From: Sminthopsis crassicaudata
Lineage: Eukaryota
Length of the DNA: 64,000 nt
Assembly (NCBI RefSeq): GCF_048593235.1
Contig: NC_133620.1
Span: 27,747,772-27,811,771 of the forward strand
Reading direction: 5' to 3'
The position numbers and the translations under genes are program-made. Each line of letters begins with the position of its first letter. Position 1 is the first letter of the stretch. This document shows positions 24,869 through 38,725 of the stretch, in pieces. The notes under the pieces were generated by a model. The model was not told where the DNA came from. It did no database searches and saw only the letters and a program-made list of their open reading frames with translations.

Positions 24869-26954
24869 GTAAGGGCTGTAAACCTGGGCCCTGGCTTTGT
24901 AGCAGAAACCTTCAGTCTGGGCATTGACTGGATTCATTTTATTTTTTATTTTTTCTTGAATTTTGAATTTATTGGCTCCTGCCTCTTACGTTTGCTGGCT
25001 GTCTTTTACCTCAGGGTCACCCCCCACAGTGGGGGGTGAGCTTTTGGTCTCTGGAATTTTTGCCAAGGAGTTTGAGGGTCATCCATTGGAAAGCCACCCA
25101 ACGGCACATCAAGGACCTTCCAACTTCTCAAGCTTCCAGAAATGGCAGCAGTGTGATTTCCTGAGGACTACAGGGTACAGGCGCTCAGCTGACCCCAGGC
25201 CCATGACCCCATGACCCAGTGTTTGGCTGAGCTTCCACCTGCTCCTTGTCCCTCAGCAGGCACTCTTGCACCAGTTAGGGGCAGAGAAGTAGAAGGAGAC
25301 AGTCTCGGTCTTCCCAGAGCTCACAGTCTGCAAGGGGGAGGAGAGCCAGGTAGATCTGACGGAGCTCATTCCACGGCATCTTTCCATCAGGCTGTAACCA
25401 GCCACCATATTCTGCAGATAATTATAGCTTTGAACAGGGCATGTTTGAACACCAGGTTTGCTCTTTGTTCCAATGGGACATGACCAGTGAGTATGAAGAC
25501 AGCAGATAAGGGCCTGTGCGAGGGCCGAGGGGACAGGGAAAGCTTGTAGAGACGGTCGTGTCAGAACCTCCCAAAGGTGCAGGAGGGAGGCAGGGAGGCC
25601 CTCCAAGATTGGGGAACAGCCTGGGCTTTTTTAGAGGCCGGCTCATCCACTTGAGGAAACAGGTAGGGTGGTTTCAGTGCCTTGGCCACAGTCACCTCAG
25701 CAGTGAGTGGGCAGAGCCTAGACCAGCAGCCCAGGTCCCCTGATTCCAGATCCAGTGCCTGTCTTGACTCAGAGGAAGCAAAGCTGCCAGCCAGGTTATG
25801 GGCGGTATGATAAGAGTTCAGAATGATGGTGAGGAGGGCTAGAAGGGAAGGCAGGGAGTCGAATGGTAGACCAAGGAGCAGCGGGTTGGGGGGATCCCTC
25901 CCAGAACAAAGCTCCCGGCCCTTCCACCTCCTCTGATCTTTGCTCAGCTGGCAGCCACATTCTCATAGACAGAAGCTACTTTGGTATTTTCCCAACAAGA
26001 GGTCAGAGGCCCTGAGTGCGAGTACAGGTGGAAGGCCCACGTCACAGACAGTCACTTGTGTAGGTTTCTGGGGGTGCTTCCACCATTCTCCACGGGCCCA
26101 TACTGGCCTGGCCGCACAGGAGCAAATGGGGAGGGAGACTGAGGCGCGGTGGAGCCTCATGGCCTTTGGCCCGGGTCCGCATCATGCTCCATGACAGTTC
26201 AGATAATACCCGAGTCCGATGGAGATGAAAGCGGCCGAGCACTCGGAGGTCTGTGGGCTTTCTGGTTCCGCTGTCAGAGCAGGGGCTGAACCAGGACATC
26301 GATAATGTCCTCCCCTCTCCAGGTTATCCAGCCTCGAGCTCACCGATGCTAGACTGGGCTTCCTGAGCACGGGCACTTGTCTCTTTTGTCTTTATTTGTA
26401 TACTCAGCGCTTGGCAGAGAGCCTGGCACAGTAGGCACTTTGGCTGACTGTGGCCCTGTTTGATGAAGATGAGTGAAGGATAAATTCACTCCATGAAACT
26501 CTAGTTCCTTTCTGACCAAATCTCTGCTCGGTCCCATTGCTACCCCTTCCTCAGGGCACCAGGAAAAGGAATTCTAACCCCTGCTCTCCAGCCACTGAGA
26601 GGGAAGCTTGGGGGAGAGGCCAAGACCTGGGGATTCTGGGGGTGCAGAGCAGGCAGGAAAGGCTCCTCAGAGCCCAGATGCACTGCTGAGACTTGCTTGA
26701 GCATGTGTAGCCATGTGCCCTCAGGATCCACAGAGACGTTTCCCTGGCCCCGGGCTCCTGCACCCTCTGTTCCAGGCCCTGGGTCCTTCCTGCAGACCTG
26801 CCCAGCCATTAAGTAGGGATGAGGCCCACACGGGGTTTTAACAGGACTCCCTCCTGAAACTTTTGTCCTTGGCTAAATAGCACAGCCAAGTGGCTTCTGA
26901 GTCCAGAGCTGGGAAGTCTCATCTTCCCTGGACTCGTCCAACAGGGAGAGTCTG

Positions 26955-27095
26955 GGCAGGTCACTTCACTCTGTATGCCTCAGTTTCCTTATCTGTAAAA
27001 GGAACTGGAGAAGGAAATGGCAAGCCCCTCCAGTAGCTCTACTAAGAAAATCCCCAGTGGGATCATGGAGAGTCAGACCCAGTTAAACAACAAAA
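26955..27095 (+). mobile_element. MAR1-type CORE-SINE fragment
   Basis: cctcagtttccttatctgtaaaa followed by ctggagaaggaaatggcaagcccctccagta...aagaaaatcccc. Confidence 0.75.
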
Positions 27096-27696
27096 TCAGC
27101 CACAAGCTGTCATCCCTGCATGCATTTCCCAGCCATCCTGTGAGGTCTGTGCTGCTTGTGGTCCCCATTTTACAGATGAGGTAAAGCTGAGGCATCCAGA
27201 GGGCACTTGAGTTGCCCAGCTGGAAGTGTCTGACTTCCTGACTCCTTTAGAGGTGGGTGCCAGGGCTGGCATGGGCAGGGATGACCAGGGCAACTCCTTC
27301 CCTGAGGACCCACTGTCAGGCTGAGCTCTGTCCAGCTGGTTGGCCATGGTGGTGGGCAGTGCCCATGATCCTTAGGCAGCGCCCGTGATCCTCGGGCAGC
27401 ACCTGGCTTCAAAGAGCCACGTAATAATTGATAAGCTGGCATCATAGATTTAGAGCAGCAAGGAGCCTGAGAGTCCAAGGCCCTCATTCCTAAAGGAAGA
27501 AGTGACCTCCTCGGGTTAGACAATTGAGTTTGTCTTTGCTGGAGAAAAGCCCCCACTCCCTGCTCTCTTCAGGGGTCAGAAAGCCTGAGGCATCGCTCGA
27601 TGCTCATGATTTCCTGCCATCTGTGTGAGGCTGAACTCTGGGGTCTCTGCGGGGTCCCTCTGCCTGTGACCTCACTCACTGGGCCTCTCTCTTTAG

Positions 27697-27807
27697 AGCG
27701 TGGCCTCCATCGGGAGCACCTTAAACAGCGTCCGTCTGGCTGTGGAGGCCGTACAGAAAACAGTGGATGAGCACAAGAAAACCATCGAGACCCTTCAGAA
27801 TGACCTG
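27697..27807 (+). CDS. EFCAB14: EFCAB14 exon 5
   Basis: ctttag|SVASIGSTLNSVRLAVEAVQKTVDEHKKTIETLQNDL|gtaagg; 111 nt. Confidence 0.97.
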
Positions 27808-29773
27808 GTAAGGAAATCCTGCCCCAGCCCGGAGGCAGGCAGCCCACCTGGCCCTCCGGTCCGTCTCCATATCAGCCACGCCCTCAGAGGTCTCTTAGCC
27901 AAAACAGGAGGCTGGTACCCTCCCCATTCTTCGAGGAGCATCCGGCTCTGCCCAGAGCACACCCTAGATCCTTGATTAAGCCCCACAGAGCAAGTGCCCA
28001 TAGATAGGATCCCAGCGAGGGTAGATGGCCCACCTAAGGTTGGGAGGAAGAGAGAAGGGGCAGCCTTGGCTACCGGAGGTCGCACTGCCCCAGGGTCATC
28101 AACCTGCATACAGCTGGGAGCCTGGGTGGACCTGCCCAGTGCAAGAGGGCACATAGAGAAACCTCCCCCCCCCCCCCCCCGGGCTCCCGGAGCGGGCCTG
28201 CTTCTGAGAGCCAGTGTGGTTAGGGAGTGTCATTCCTGTAACACCTGAAGCTTTGCAGAATGCCGTTCTTAAAGGCTGAAGAGAGTGATTGTGACACTTT
28301 GAAAATGCTGAGACCGAGCTTAGAGCTGGGCTTGGGATGTGCCGTGCCCATAAGCCACAGGAAAAGCAGAAATTGAGGAAGGGGGGAGGGAAGGAGGTAA
28401 GAAGGATGGTCCAAAGGACAAGCTTAGATTGGCAAAGGGAGGAAGGAGAGAAGGAAGAGCCACTTATTTAGCACCGAGTGTATGAGCCCAGGACTTTGCA
28501 TCCTCAGTCACCCTCAGGGCAGCTGCTGTCATTATCCCACTGTACATTTGAGAAAACCAAGGCAGGTAACTGTTAAGTGACTGGCAAATAAGGGTCTCCC
28601 TGCCTCCAGACTCAGCATGTTCCCCCTCTCCCCTGCCCAGCCCAGAATCCCCACCCCCCAGCACTTTCCCCGCTTGACTGCAGTTTAAACTCCCTGCAGA
28701 GACATCGTCTGTCCCCAGGCCCCACTCAGCTTCTCCCTCCCTTTTGAGGAGGCTCATGGGATGGACCAGAAAGAGGCTTGCCCCACAATGCCCCGGGCTC
28801 TTCCCTCGCAGAGGAGCAGGTTCTTTGGTGTCCTGGGGGCCTCGGCCACTCTCTCTGGAGCCCCGACTTTGCTATCCTACTCCTTATCAAAGCAGAGGCA
28901 GAACGAATGCTCCAGAGAGGGCCCCAGATTTCGGAATCCATTGGCTGCTGTTTGACTTTAATTTAGTCTCTCCATCTTGGACCTGCCTGGCCCCAGCCAG
29001 GAAACCTTTTGTGGGCGGGCCATAGCTGGGACCCCTCCTTTCTCCCGGCCCTGAAGAAGGCAGGGGCGATGGGTCCCCAGGGTGCTGGTGCTTCCAGAGA
29101 GGGGCCTCTTGTGGGCCTGGGCTGGGAGGGGGTGCACAGAGGAGCTGGAGCCCACATGGAAGCGCAGCCTGGGGACCCAGAGATCGCACAGTTGGTTCGG
29201 GGACAGAGGTTAAGCAGTGGCATAAGGATGCTGCCCTGGGAACAGTAAACATTGACTCAGGCCTAGGTGTGGACCGAGCCTGGCACAGAGCCCTAGAGGA
29301 GGAGGGGTTAGGGAGAGGAGGGGGGGCAGGGGTGCCCCACCCCCACCCGTGGCTGCCTAGGGTAGCAATGCCCGAACTGGGATTGAAAAATGGGTTGGAG
29401 GTGGCAGCAGCCTGCAATGGGCATGGAGGGGCAGGGTTCTGAGCTGGAGGAGGCCGGGCTTCTCAAGACCAAGTGGTGGCTCTGTGTGAGCCCAGCTTCT
29501 GATTCCCAGTCCTCACTGGCTCTCCTGGTGAGAGAGAGGGCTGGGCATCTGGGCGCTCCTGGAAGGTAAGGACACTGGGCACAAGGCCTAGCACAGTGCC
29601 CCCTTTGACTAGAGAGGAATGTGTGTGAGGTCCAGTGCCCAGCCTGGGCTTGGGGAAGGGGAGGGCTTTCACCAAGGGCATGTTACTGTTGGGCTGCCCC
29701 ACTGCGGTGTCCAGGGAGAGCCATGACGATACGGCCTCAGTCGTGGCTTCTCTCTTCTCGTCCCTCCTAATAG

Positions 29774-29869
29774 ATCCAACACCTCTCAAAAGAGAGCAGG
29801 ACGGTCACTCCATCACCCTCTGTGGCCCCAGAGCTGGGCAGGAAAAACCTAAGAGAGAGCTTACAGCAG
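29774..29869 (+). CDS. EFCAB14: EFCAB14 exon 6 (poorly conserved linker)
   Basis: taatag|IQHLSKESRTVTPSPSVAPELGRKNLRESLQQ|gtact; phase 0/0, 96 nt; resembles human NQHFLKE...PSPSATSEL...ENLKQ. Confidence 0.85.
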
Positions 29870-30801
29870 GTACTTGTTGCGCCTCCATTTGGATTCCGTC
29901 CTTGGTACTGGGCCAGGCCTCGGCCCCCGGCTGCTCGGCATCAGCCTCATGCTGCCGCCCTCTGTGGGCTCAAGGACCTTTTCCCTTTGGGCCGGGGGGC
30001 AGGTGTCTAAATGCCTTTTTGCCATTGCCTACGCCCCAGGTGCCCTGGAATCGCCATCACAAATGAAAGGGGTCTCTGGTGCTTAACAACTCGGGCAATT
30101 GGAGGAAGTGGGATCACGGCCGGGCCCATTCAGAAATTAGAGCTGCCAGTTTAAGGCAAAATTAACTTAGGCCTCTAGAACTTCCGGTTGTTTAAAAAAA
30201 AAAAAAAGCTGAGGGTGGCAATTGGCTAAGAGGAAAGAAATCTGACAAATATTGGGTTCAGAACCCAAGAGAAAGGTCGGTCTGCTCATTAGATACATTC
30301 ACATCCTTAGATTCAATGTATTCTTTTTTTTCCTTTCTTTTCTTTCTTTCTTTCTTTTTTTTGTTTCAATGTTTTCTTAAGTCTAGACTGTCCATTCTCA
30401 TAAATAGCAACCAATACCAGCAGATGTCAATAAAAACGCTGGCTCTTCTGCTAAATAATGCACAACTTGTCCTAGTGGTGTTCCGTGCACAGTTCAGTAA
30501 TTGTTCTCATTCCTAAGGTGGGATTGTTCAGATAAATTAACATCCATTCATTCATGAGCCCGCAAGCCTTGCTGCCTGCCAGCAGGTAGGGGCAGACGTG
30601 GAGAAATCTGTTCCCAGGCACTCTGCTCCCCGGGCTCGAGGGTCTCTTATCATGAGCCTCTTCCCATGTCTGAGGTCAGAGCCACCTCACGAGAGGAGCC
30701 GGGCCAGAGCCAGGGGAAGGGAGGGCGGCCCCGGCCACGGGACCTCCAGGGAGGTCTCCTCAGCCGGATCGAGTCCAAAGCATGCTCTGTTTCTGCTCTA
30801 G

Positions 30802-30993
30802 GACGTGCTCCACCTTCAGAGCTCCTTAGAAGAGGTCAGCAGTACCCTCGTGGGGTATCAGAGACAGAATGACCTCAAGCTTCTGGGGATGGACGGGACA
30901 GTCAGGAATCTGACCCAGAGAGTCAGCTCGGTAGAAAGCAGCCTGGCGGCTCTGAACAAGTTAGGGAAGAGAGACAACCTGTCCTTCACCATG
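30802..30993 (+). CDS. EFCAB14: EFCAB14 exon 7
   Basis: ctctag|DVLHLQSSLEEVSSTLVGYQRQNDLKL...NLSFTM|gtaaga; 192 nt. Confidence 0.97.
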
Positions 30994-32424
30994 GTAAGAA
31001 TGTCCAAGGCCTTGTGACGTGCTCTGCCCCCTGCTGTGTGCCGTGTCCGCGTGGCTGCTCACGGGCTTCTCCCAGAAGAGATGGTCACTCGAGCGTGGCA
31101 GGTGCATGGCGCTTCCCATCCATTGTCTCCTCAGGTTCTCATGATGTGGTGAAGTGTGTGGAATAGGAGTCATCACGCTGTTTCCCAGGAGAAAAGGACC
31201 CCAAGTAGGCGCTAAGGTTGAGGATGCCAGCCTGCCCCTGTGCTCCTCAGTCTGGGCTCCTGCCCGGTGTGGGCAGAGGGCGGAAGGACTAGAAGTCTTA
31301 ACCATTCCCTAGACTTTGTTTGGATTTAGAACTAGGAGGAAGCGTGTTTACCAATGAGGAAACTGGGGCCAGAGCTCAGACTTCATGTCACAGCCACAGG
31401 CTTCCTCATGCCTCAGGGACCAAGAGTGTTCATGGCACAGAGGTGGGAAGGCACTCCGTGTCTGACTGTCAGTCACCAGGGCCATGCCCACACAGGGAGG
31501 CTTGCAGGTGAGCTGCCCAGGGTCCCCCGTCTAGCGTCCAAGAAGCCAGGAAACCTTGCAGCGGGGGGTCCTGGGCACTCTCCCTTCTGAGAGGATTGCA
31601 ATCATAAGGTTAAATGAGCTTCCTAATCCCATCCCTGGGAGGCCAGAGGGTTGAGTCCTTTCCTTCCCATTCTACAGAGCAGAAAACTGGGGACAGACAG
31701 CTAGTTACTTCTAAGACTGGCCCTCCTCCTAGTGCACCATGTTGTCTTCAGCCTAGGGGGATATGTTCTGCTAGGTTCAACGTCATCACCAGTGTGTCCC
31801 CCTCTCATCGCCTGCATGTATGTGGTTCTGCAGTAGGCCCCCGGCTTTCAGGAAACTCCCATTGTTGCCATAGACATGCCCAAAGTTGAGACCCAGGCTT
31901 TCCTGCAGCACCCAGCCTTGGCCAGTGGCCTAGCCAGCCTCCTCCTCCTCCTCTGTGAATTTGGGGTACCCAAGTACCCACTTCTGTCCATCACCAGGAC
32001 AGATTATTTAAGACAGAGCAGGGAAGATAAAGAGGCTCCCCTTGGGACTTCTCAAGGCATCTGGGGTGATGTATTCCCTGGGCCTTGGTATATCCCAGAG
32101 AGGTTTGGTAATGGGGGCCAGCCAGCCCAGCTGCACAGCCCACCTTTAAAACAAAGTGGAGTTTTTCAGACTCCCATGGAAGCTGCCCCTGTTACAGGCT
32201 TCTTTGTGGCCATGCTCCTTTTCTCCCTTGCTCCTTTTTTATCCCTGCTATCCACATAGAGTTCTCCACCTTCCAGTCATGTGTAGCTGAGATTCAGAAG
32301 GGCACGATGTTTGGGAGGCTTTGATGTTTGTCTTACAGAAATTTCTCCTCATTCTCCTTCACCTCTCTCTCCTCTCCTCCCTCTTCTCCCTCTGTCCTTC
32401 CCCCTTTCTCTCTTCATGTTCAAG

Positions 32425-32496
32425 ATGACTGATGGAGCTTCTTCTCTGAAAAAAGACTCTCATAGGACAGATGGGGAACAAGCTCAGATCCTAAAG
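32425..32496 (+). CDS. EFCAB14: EFCAB14 exon 8
   Basis: Long polypyrimidine tract, caag|MTDGASSLKKDSHRTDGEQAQILK|gtaagg; 72 nt, phase 0/0. Confidence 0.82.
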
Positions 32497-35400
32497 GTAA
32501 GGGAGAAAAGGAAACAGGCAGGCAGCACCCAGACCTTCCCCAAGTGACGGCTCTGCCCCATCCTCCATTATGGCGGTCCCTGAAGGCCTCTGTAAACTAT
32601 GTCATTGCGACTTAATGTGTTTCCCGTAGTCATCCACCCTGTTCCTTCCCATGGTCTTCCCAAAAAGCAGTCAGTAAGGATTTCCTCAGCTTGAGTGCCA
32701 GAGACCTCTGACATGCTCTGTCCATTTGGGCAGTTCAGAGGGAATGAATGTGGATGAACACACTCTTGAAGCAGCCATGGAGGAGTCGGTGCCCAGAATC
32801 CCATGTCCTGAAATCATGTCCTGGCGCTGGAAAGCTTCCAGACTTGGCTTCTGTTGCCCTTTCCATCGGCTTCTCTCCCTCTGTCTGCACAGACATGGAC
32901 GCAGAGGCCGCTTCTGTGTGTCAGTCTCCTCCTGCTTGGGGAGGCGACCACTCTTGCTCCTCTAAAGTCCAGGATGCCTTTGCAACACGAAGGGTGAATC
33001 TGCAAGGGCAGAATGGATCTGCTCATCATCATCTTTTTGCTGCCTAGGAGAGGAGTGCTGCCATCGAAGGCATCGAGCCGGGAGGAGGGTGGCAATGCAG
33101 CAGAGAGGGAGTGCTATGGAGGGGTACAGAGTGCAGATCAGAAAGAGCCTCAGTCACATTGAAGGTGCTGGGCTGGGCACCTGCTGGGCAGTGGGATACA
33201 CCCCGTCCATTGTAGCAGCAAGAGAGGCCTCAAAGAACTGGGCAGGGTGGGGGAGGTGTGGGCAACCTCCAAGCGCTTCCTGAGAGGCCCTGCCCCTGGG
33301 GCTTCCAGTAGGGTGCAGTCCTCTGCCGAGAACACTGGTGGTCGGTGCCCTCTGATCCCATCTGCTACAAGAGACTTGGAAGATGCTGGAGGTAGCAAGC
33401 TCGCCAACTTCAACAGTCACCAGAATGATGGCCCTCTCGGCCCAGCCAGTTTGTCCTTCCATGCCGCCTTCTCCTGGTCCAAAATGAGCCATTCGCTCAC
33501 CGCCACTAGCAGGGGCTTCAAGTGACAGCCTTCCACCTTCTGGGCTTCTCAGACCAAGGTTCTGCTGCCCAAGAGATACAGGAAGTTCCTAGGCCAGGTC
33601 ACCCTCAGCTGGCAAGTCTGCTCTCTAGAGCATGACTCCTTCCACTCTCCTGAAGAACCTCCTGGTGCTCAACTTTACCCTGGCCCCAGAGGAGACGAAG
33701 CACCTCACGCCCATGATCATGATGGATGGAAATCAGGTCCTGCAAGATTCAGGCCGTCCTCTATACTTCTTCAATGAGCCCTTTAGGGCCTTACCCTCTT
33801 GGATTTCATCCAGCCCAGACAGTAAGCAGTTTTAATATATACTTCATAGAACATAGGGAGTGGAGGAAGGGAAGCTTTGGCCTTAGTAAGTGCTTAATGC
33901 TTAAGGAAGGAAACTGAGGAGGACTGAAGGAAAAAGCTACTCATGTGGCCCAAATATGTCCAGAGGCCGGGTGTGCTAGAAGTCATGCAATCAGGAGGAA
34001 TCATCTCTCAAGGGGAAGATAGCAGAGGCCTCTTGCCAGTAGTGCTGACCAACATTTTCTAATCTAAATTTAGTTTTCATGGAGACCACAGCTTTATAGA
34101 GAAGACAAGTTCCCACTTCACTCAGCGTTTGGCCATTACAAAAAAAAAAGTCTTCAATTCAGTCAAGTCAATTAAGCGAGTTTTCCCCGTACTTAGCAAC
34201 ATTTTACAACATCTTAAGTCGACATTACAGAAAGAAGGCTGTGTAAGAACCCAAGCTTGCTTAAGGTGTTTTGTGAAGAAGATCCCTTGCAGAGTCCCAA
34301 GGACCAAGAGGATGAAGCTCCTCTTCCCAGATGGCCTCCAAAATGAAGTCCAGAATCTTGGAGAAACATGGACTAACTTTCCACACAGGAAAAATCCACT
34401 AGATGAATAACGTCTATGTTCTAGACTCTGGTGTGTATTTAGTGGGCAAAAATAGACCAGTGTCCATCAGTGTTTATGTGTAGTTGTTCATCTACTATAA
34501 ATGGAAAAGGGATTGGATCTGAAGGGATCAGTTGAGGGAAAGGGGCACAGTAGAAGTAAGCAAGCATTTATTAAGCTCTTACTGTAGTCTAAGAACTAAA
34601 CATAAAGTAGCGATGCTCTCAACAACATGCAAATGTCTTAAGCATAGACAGAATTATGGAGGTGAGGCATTGGTACTTAAGGGGTTCAGAAAAGACTTCT
34701 CATAGGGGTTACTCTTTTTGGGAGTTCACAAAAAGCAATTATTAAGCACATACTGTGTACTGGAGCACTATACTCTGTGCTGGGGATACAAAAAAAAAAA
34801 AAAAAAAAAGGCAAATACATCTGCCCTTAAAGAGCTCATATGTAATGAGGCAGGCACTGGAGGAGAAGAGTGCATTTCACAGACATGAAAGTAGGAGTTG
34901 GGGTGCTGTGTGCGAGAAGCAGCAAGAAGACCAGACCAGAGAGAGTAAAGGGAGGGGGGGAGGGCCAAAGGGTGCCAGCTTGTGTGTAGATGAGTCCAGT
35001 AAGCTGACCTTTGTTTAGGAATATGATGGTAGCTGTGTGGGAGGTGGATGAGAGGGCAGGGGCCAGTCAGAAGACTGGTAACAGATGATGGCTTGAGTGG
35101 GATGGTAGCTGCGGAAATGAAGAGCTTGGGACAAGTGGAGAAAGGGGGGGCAGAGCCCGCAGAGTTACTGCTAACCGGGTAGAGTCCTCAGCCATAACCG
35201 GAAATGAGGGAAAGGGGCACGTTGGAGAGCAAAGGTGTCAGCTCTTGGATACACTGAGTTTGACTACAGACGAGGCAGGAAATGCTAGTTGGCGGTGAAA
35301 CCTGGTTCAGGACAAGAGTAGTGGCTGGCGGTGCAAGAGGCATTGTGCAGAATTGGCTCCTCAGGAGCTTTGAGGGAGGCCCCTGTGGGAGCGGGTGTCA

Positions 35401-36144
35401 CCAGAGAAGAAGCACAGAGGATGCAGGGTGCTCAGGGACTGACGTGGAAGCAGTCCCCGAGAATCAAAGACCCTGGTCTCCTTCCTGAGACCAAAACCTG
35501 CCTCCCTGACGCCCCGCAGAGCAGGAAGTATAAAGGAGGCCTTGTCATGAATGGAGGATACCTGAGCACGGCCCCGGAGTCCTGCTGTCCTCAGCGCCAA
35601 GAGAACTTGGGGGACCCCTTGGGGGAGAAGGGGCTGGGGAGGGCGGACTTGGACGGCAGCTGGATGCAGACTGCTCGTTGGCAGGAATGCCTACCTCCAG
35701 GAGACCATGGGTCCTTTTGAGATCCATGTCTATCTCAGCCCAGACATGGACGCTCCTTCCTCAGAACTCTAATGTTGACAGATCTTGTATGTGTACGGCC
35801 CCTAACAGGTTACAGATGAGCCCTTTCACATCCAGGTTATTGTGAAGATTAGGGGATGATGGGAGAGAGGCAGGAGGCGCATGGTGACTCTGCTTGACAA
35901 AGATGCAAAGTGTCCAGGACTGTGGCCCGATCCTGGAAGAACTGAGCGAAGTTCTTGAGCAGAACTCATTGTGAGGAGGTGTGACCACGTGTGTGTGCAT
36001 GTACTGTAGGCGTGGCGTGTTAGCCCAGTGATGCCCTCCTTGGGGCAGGTGGATCTCCTTTCAGGTTCTGAGAGCCACAGTCATGGCCTTCCAGGCTCTG
36101 GTCGGTTATTCCTACAACTCTGTTTTGGTCTTTGTTTGGGACAG

Positions 36145-36229
36145 AAAGAAGAAAGTACAGTCTCCAAGCTGAGGGAGAAGCTCCAGCTGATCACTGCTCT
36201 CACAAGCAAGCCGGAGGCCTCCAAGGAAG
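36145..36229 (+). CDS. EFCAB14: EFCAB14 exon 9
   Basis: gacag|KEESTVSKLREKLQLITALTSKPEASKE G|gtgggt; 85 nt, phase 1 end. Confidence 0.93.
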
Positions 36230-37844
36230 GTGGGTGAGCTCCCCAACTCTGAGGGCTTCCTTCCCCAAAGGACTAGGGAGAGTTCTGGGCTTGGGGCTTC
36301 CCCAGGGCCCTGTTCTGCCCAACCCCTCCCTTCAGCGCTTCTGGGGATGAGAATCCTTCTGCTTCCCTTGTAAAGCTGGCATCTCCATAAATGCCCGGGG
36401 AGCATCAGTGGCCAGTTTTGTCCTCCGGGAAAGCCCCTCAGACTCTGCCCACAGGTTGGACCTGAGAGCCTTGAGGAGGGACCGAAGGAGGTTTTTCTGG
36501 TATTTCAGCCCATTGCTACCTTCTGGACCCAGGCCCTGGACCAGTGAGCATGTGATGGCTGCTCCTGCCAGCTTCCTAGCTGACTCCCCACTGCCCATGT
36601 CACCAAATGTTTATCACTCCCAACAAGCCCTGCGTTGTGCTCAGCACTTAGATCCATATGAGCCCTGGGACTTCCCAGCCCCTCTCTGAGAGAGGAGGGA
36701 ACTGCAGCCCAAGGCCCCGTGCCACCCTTGTCATCAGCCTGCTGGGGGTTAGAGATGCATATGAAACAGCTCCCGTGCCATTGGGGGGACAGCAAGGGTG
36801 AATGTGACTGTAGAGTAAATGAGAAAATGGGGAGAGGAATGAACAAGTATGGAGAGAAGCCAAGGCCCAGCTGTGTGTGGGTTTAAGTGTCTAACCTTGT
36901 TTTGTGTTGGATCTGGTGGGCAACGGGGAACCAAGAAGTGGGCAGTTGGATTTGGTGGGCGATGGGCAGCCGAGAAGTGAGCATGCTGGTCTCCGAGGGA
37001 AATCACGTTGGCCAGTGAGGAGATGTGTTTTGCCTGATTGTGTTTATTTGTGTTTTTCCCCCATGGGGAAGGAACAGAGTGTAGAAGTTGTAGAGAAAAA
37101 TAAATGCTTACTATTTGCAAAAAAAAAAAAAAAGAAAAGAAAAAATATATATATTAAATAGTAATTAAATTCATGGGGCCTGTGTGAGGTGGTGATCAGA
37201 AAAGAGGGCCCAGGCCAGAGCCTCGGGCGTCACCCAGGCTTAGTGCACTTGGTGTGGATGAAGAACGAGAGGGGGAGGGGGAGCCCTCGGGAAGCACTGG
37301 TCTTGGGGTGCAGTTGTACTCCCTGTTCTTTGGGCCCAGCCCCTTGGCAAATTCCAAATCCACCAGATTGTGCTCTCATTGCCCCTGCCTCCAGGAGAGA
37401 ATATCGGGAGACCCTTTGCCAGGTGCCCTAATTCAGCCTTTATTCCCTGTCCAGAAAAGGGGCCCTCCGTCTGGCGGCTTGTTCTTAAGGAACCTTTTCA
37501 CAGTGGGCTTCAGGATGGAGGCCGGCTTGTCAGCCAGAACCTGGAAAGCTCCATTCCGGCTGCCCCTTGCCCACATGCCACAGGCAGCGGCAGGGACTCC
37601 CTCCTCACATGCCAGCATCCTCAGAACTCTTCTCCCTGCTCCCTGCTTCCCAAGTCACTGTGCCCCGGGGTTATCTAACCCCTGGGGGGGAGGAGGCCCC
37701 CTAGCCCTCAAGAGCCCTCCTGGCCCCTTCTGATCTGCCATAGGCATGTGCCCTTCATCTCCCTGCTTGCTGCTGCACCTCCATTTGCAGGTGACTTCAG
37801 AGGGGATCCTCCATGCTGGCTTAATCCTTCTGTGTGTGTTACAG

Positions 37845-37973
37845 AGAAAAAGCAGAGCGCTGCTTCAGAGCCAGCTACGTTCCCCAAAATTTCCCCGCGG
37901 TCACTTGGAAACCAGGTAGAGGCAGCTAAACACCTGAAGCTTGTCGTCATCCCAGAGATTTCCAGCCTGGCAG
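37845..37973 (+). CDS. EFCAB14: EFCAB14 exon 10
   Basis: ttacag|AG KKQSAASEPATFPKISPRSLGNQVEAAKHLKLVVIPEISSLA G|gtgagt; 129 nt, phase 1/1. Confidence 0.88.
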
Positions 37974-38589
37974 GTGAGTGGAGGGGGGGAAGGGCAGAGT
38001 TGGGGGGAGGGAAAGGTGAGACTGCCCTTTGAAGCTGGTCAAGGGTTTAGGAAGGGATCTCAGGGGAGCCTTGGAACAGAGGCCCTGGATTCAGATCCAC
38101 TTTAGGACTCCAAACTCTGGCTCCTTGGAGCTCCTTAGAGCTCAGCACTCACTGGCTCGGAGGCCTGTAGGCTGAGGGAACCGCCACCTCCTGAAGCTCT
38201 CACTGTGGGGCAGCTCGAGGCCTTTAACCTGCTCCTCATTCCTATTCTGCCTGCTGAGGGGCAGTGTGGCTCAGTGGAAAGATCTTGGCTCGGACATCAG
38301 AGCACCTGGGATCAAATTCTGCTGCTGTGGAAGCTAGGCAGCCTCTAAGCTCCCTTCCTCCTCCTCAGGACACTCCAGCCAATCAGTGTCCTTCCCAAAC
38401 CGTGTTGCCCAGAAGAGGATGCAGTCCTCCAGAGCCCTGACCAGGAGAGCAGTGACTCCCCCTTGTCCCCACCACCACGCGGCTCTTGATGCAGCCCAAG
38501 ATCCCACGAGCTTTAAAGCTGCCCCCATCCGGGCAACTCCCTGAGCATGCGATCCACTCTGACCCCCAGGTCCTTTTCAGAACAGCTAC

Positions 38590-38725
38590 TCTCTAGCTGG
38601 GCCTCCCTGTCACCTTCTTGCCTTGGGAAGGACCCAAGTGTAAGACTTTACAGTTACTCCCATTGCATCGGTCATAGAAATCTTGTATTACCCACTCATC
38701 TAGCTGGCAGGCAGTTGGCATTTTA
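38590..38725 (-). mobile_element. CR1/L3 fragment
   Basis: Minus translation WVIQDFYDR...NCKVLHLG matches the CR1 RT C-terminal motif. Confidence 0.7.

Noticed and set aside
32893-33821. Repeat-poor, coding-looking segment in EFCAB14 intron 8 bounded by acceptor-like and donor-like sites
   Set aside because: The frames I translated contain stops and match no protein I recognise; the gene model closes in frame without it.
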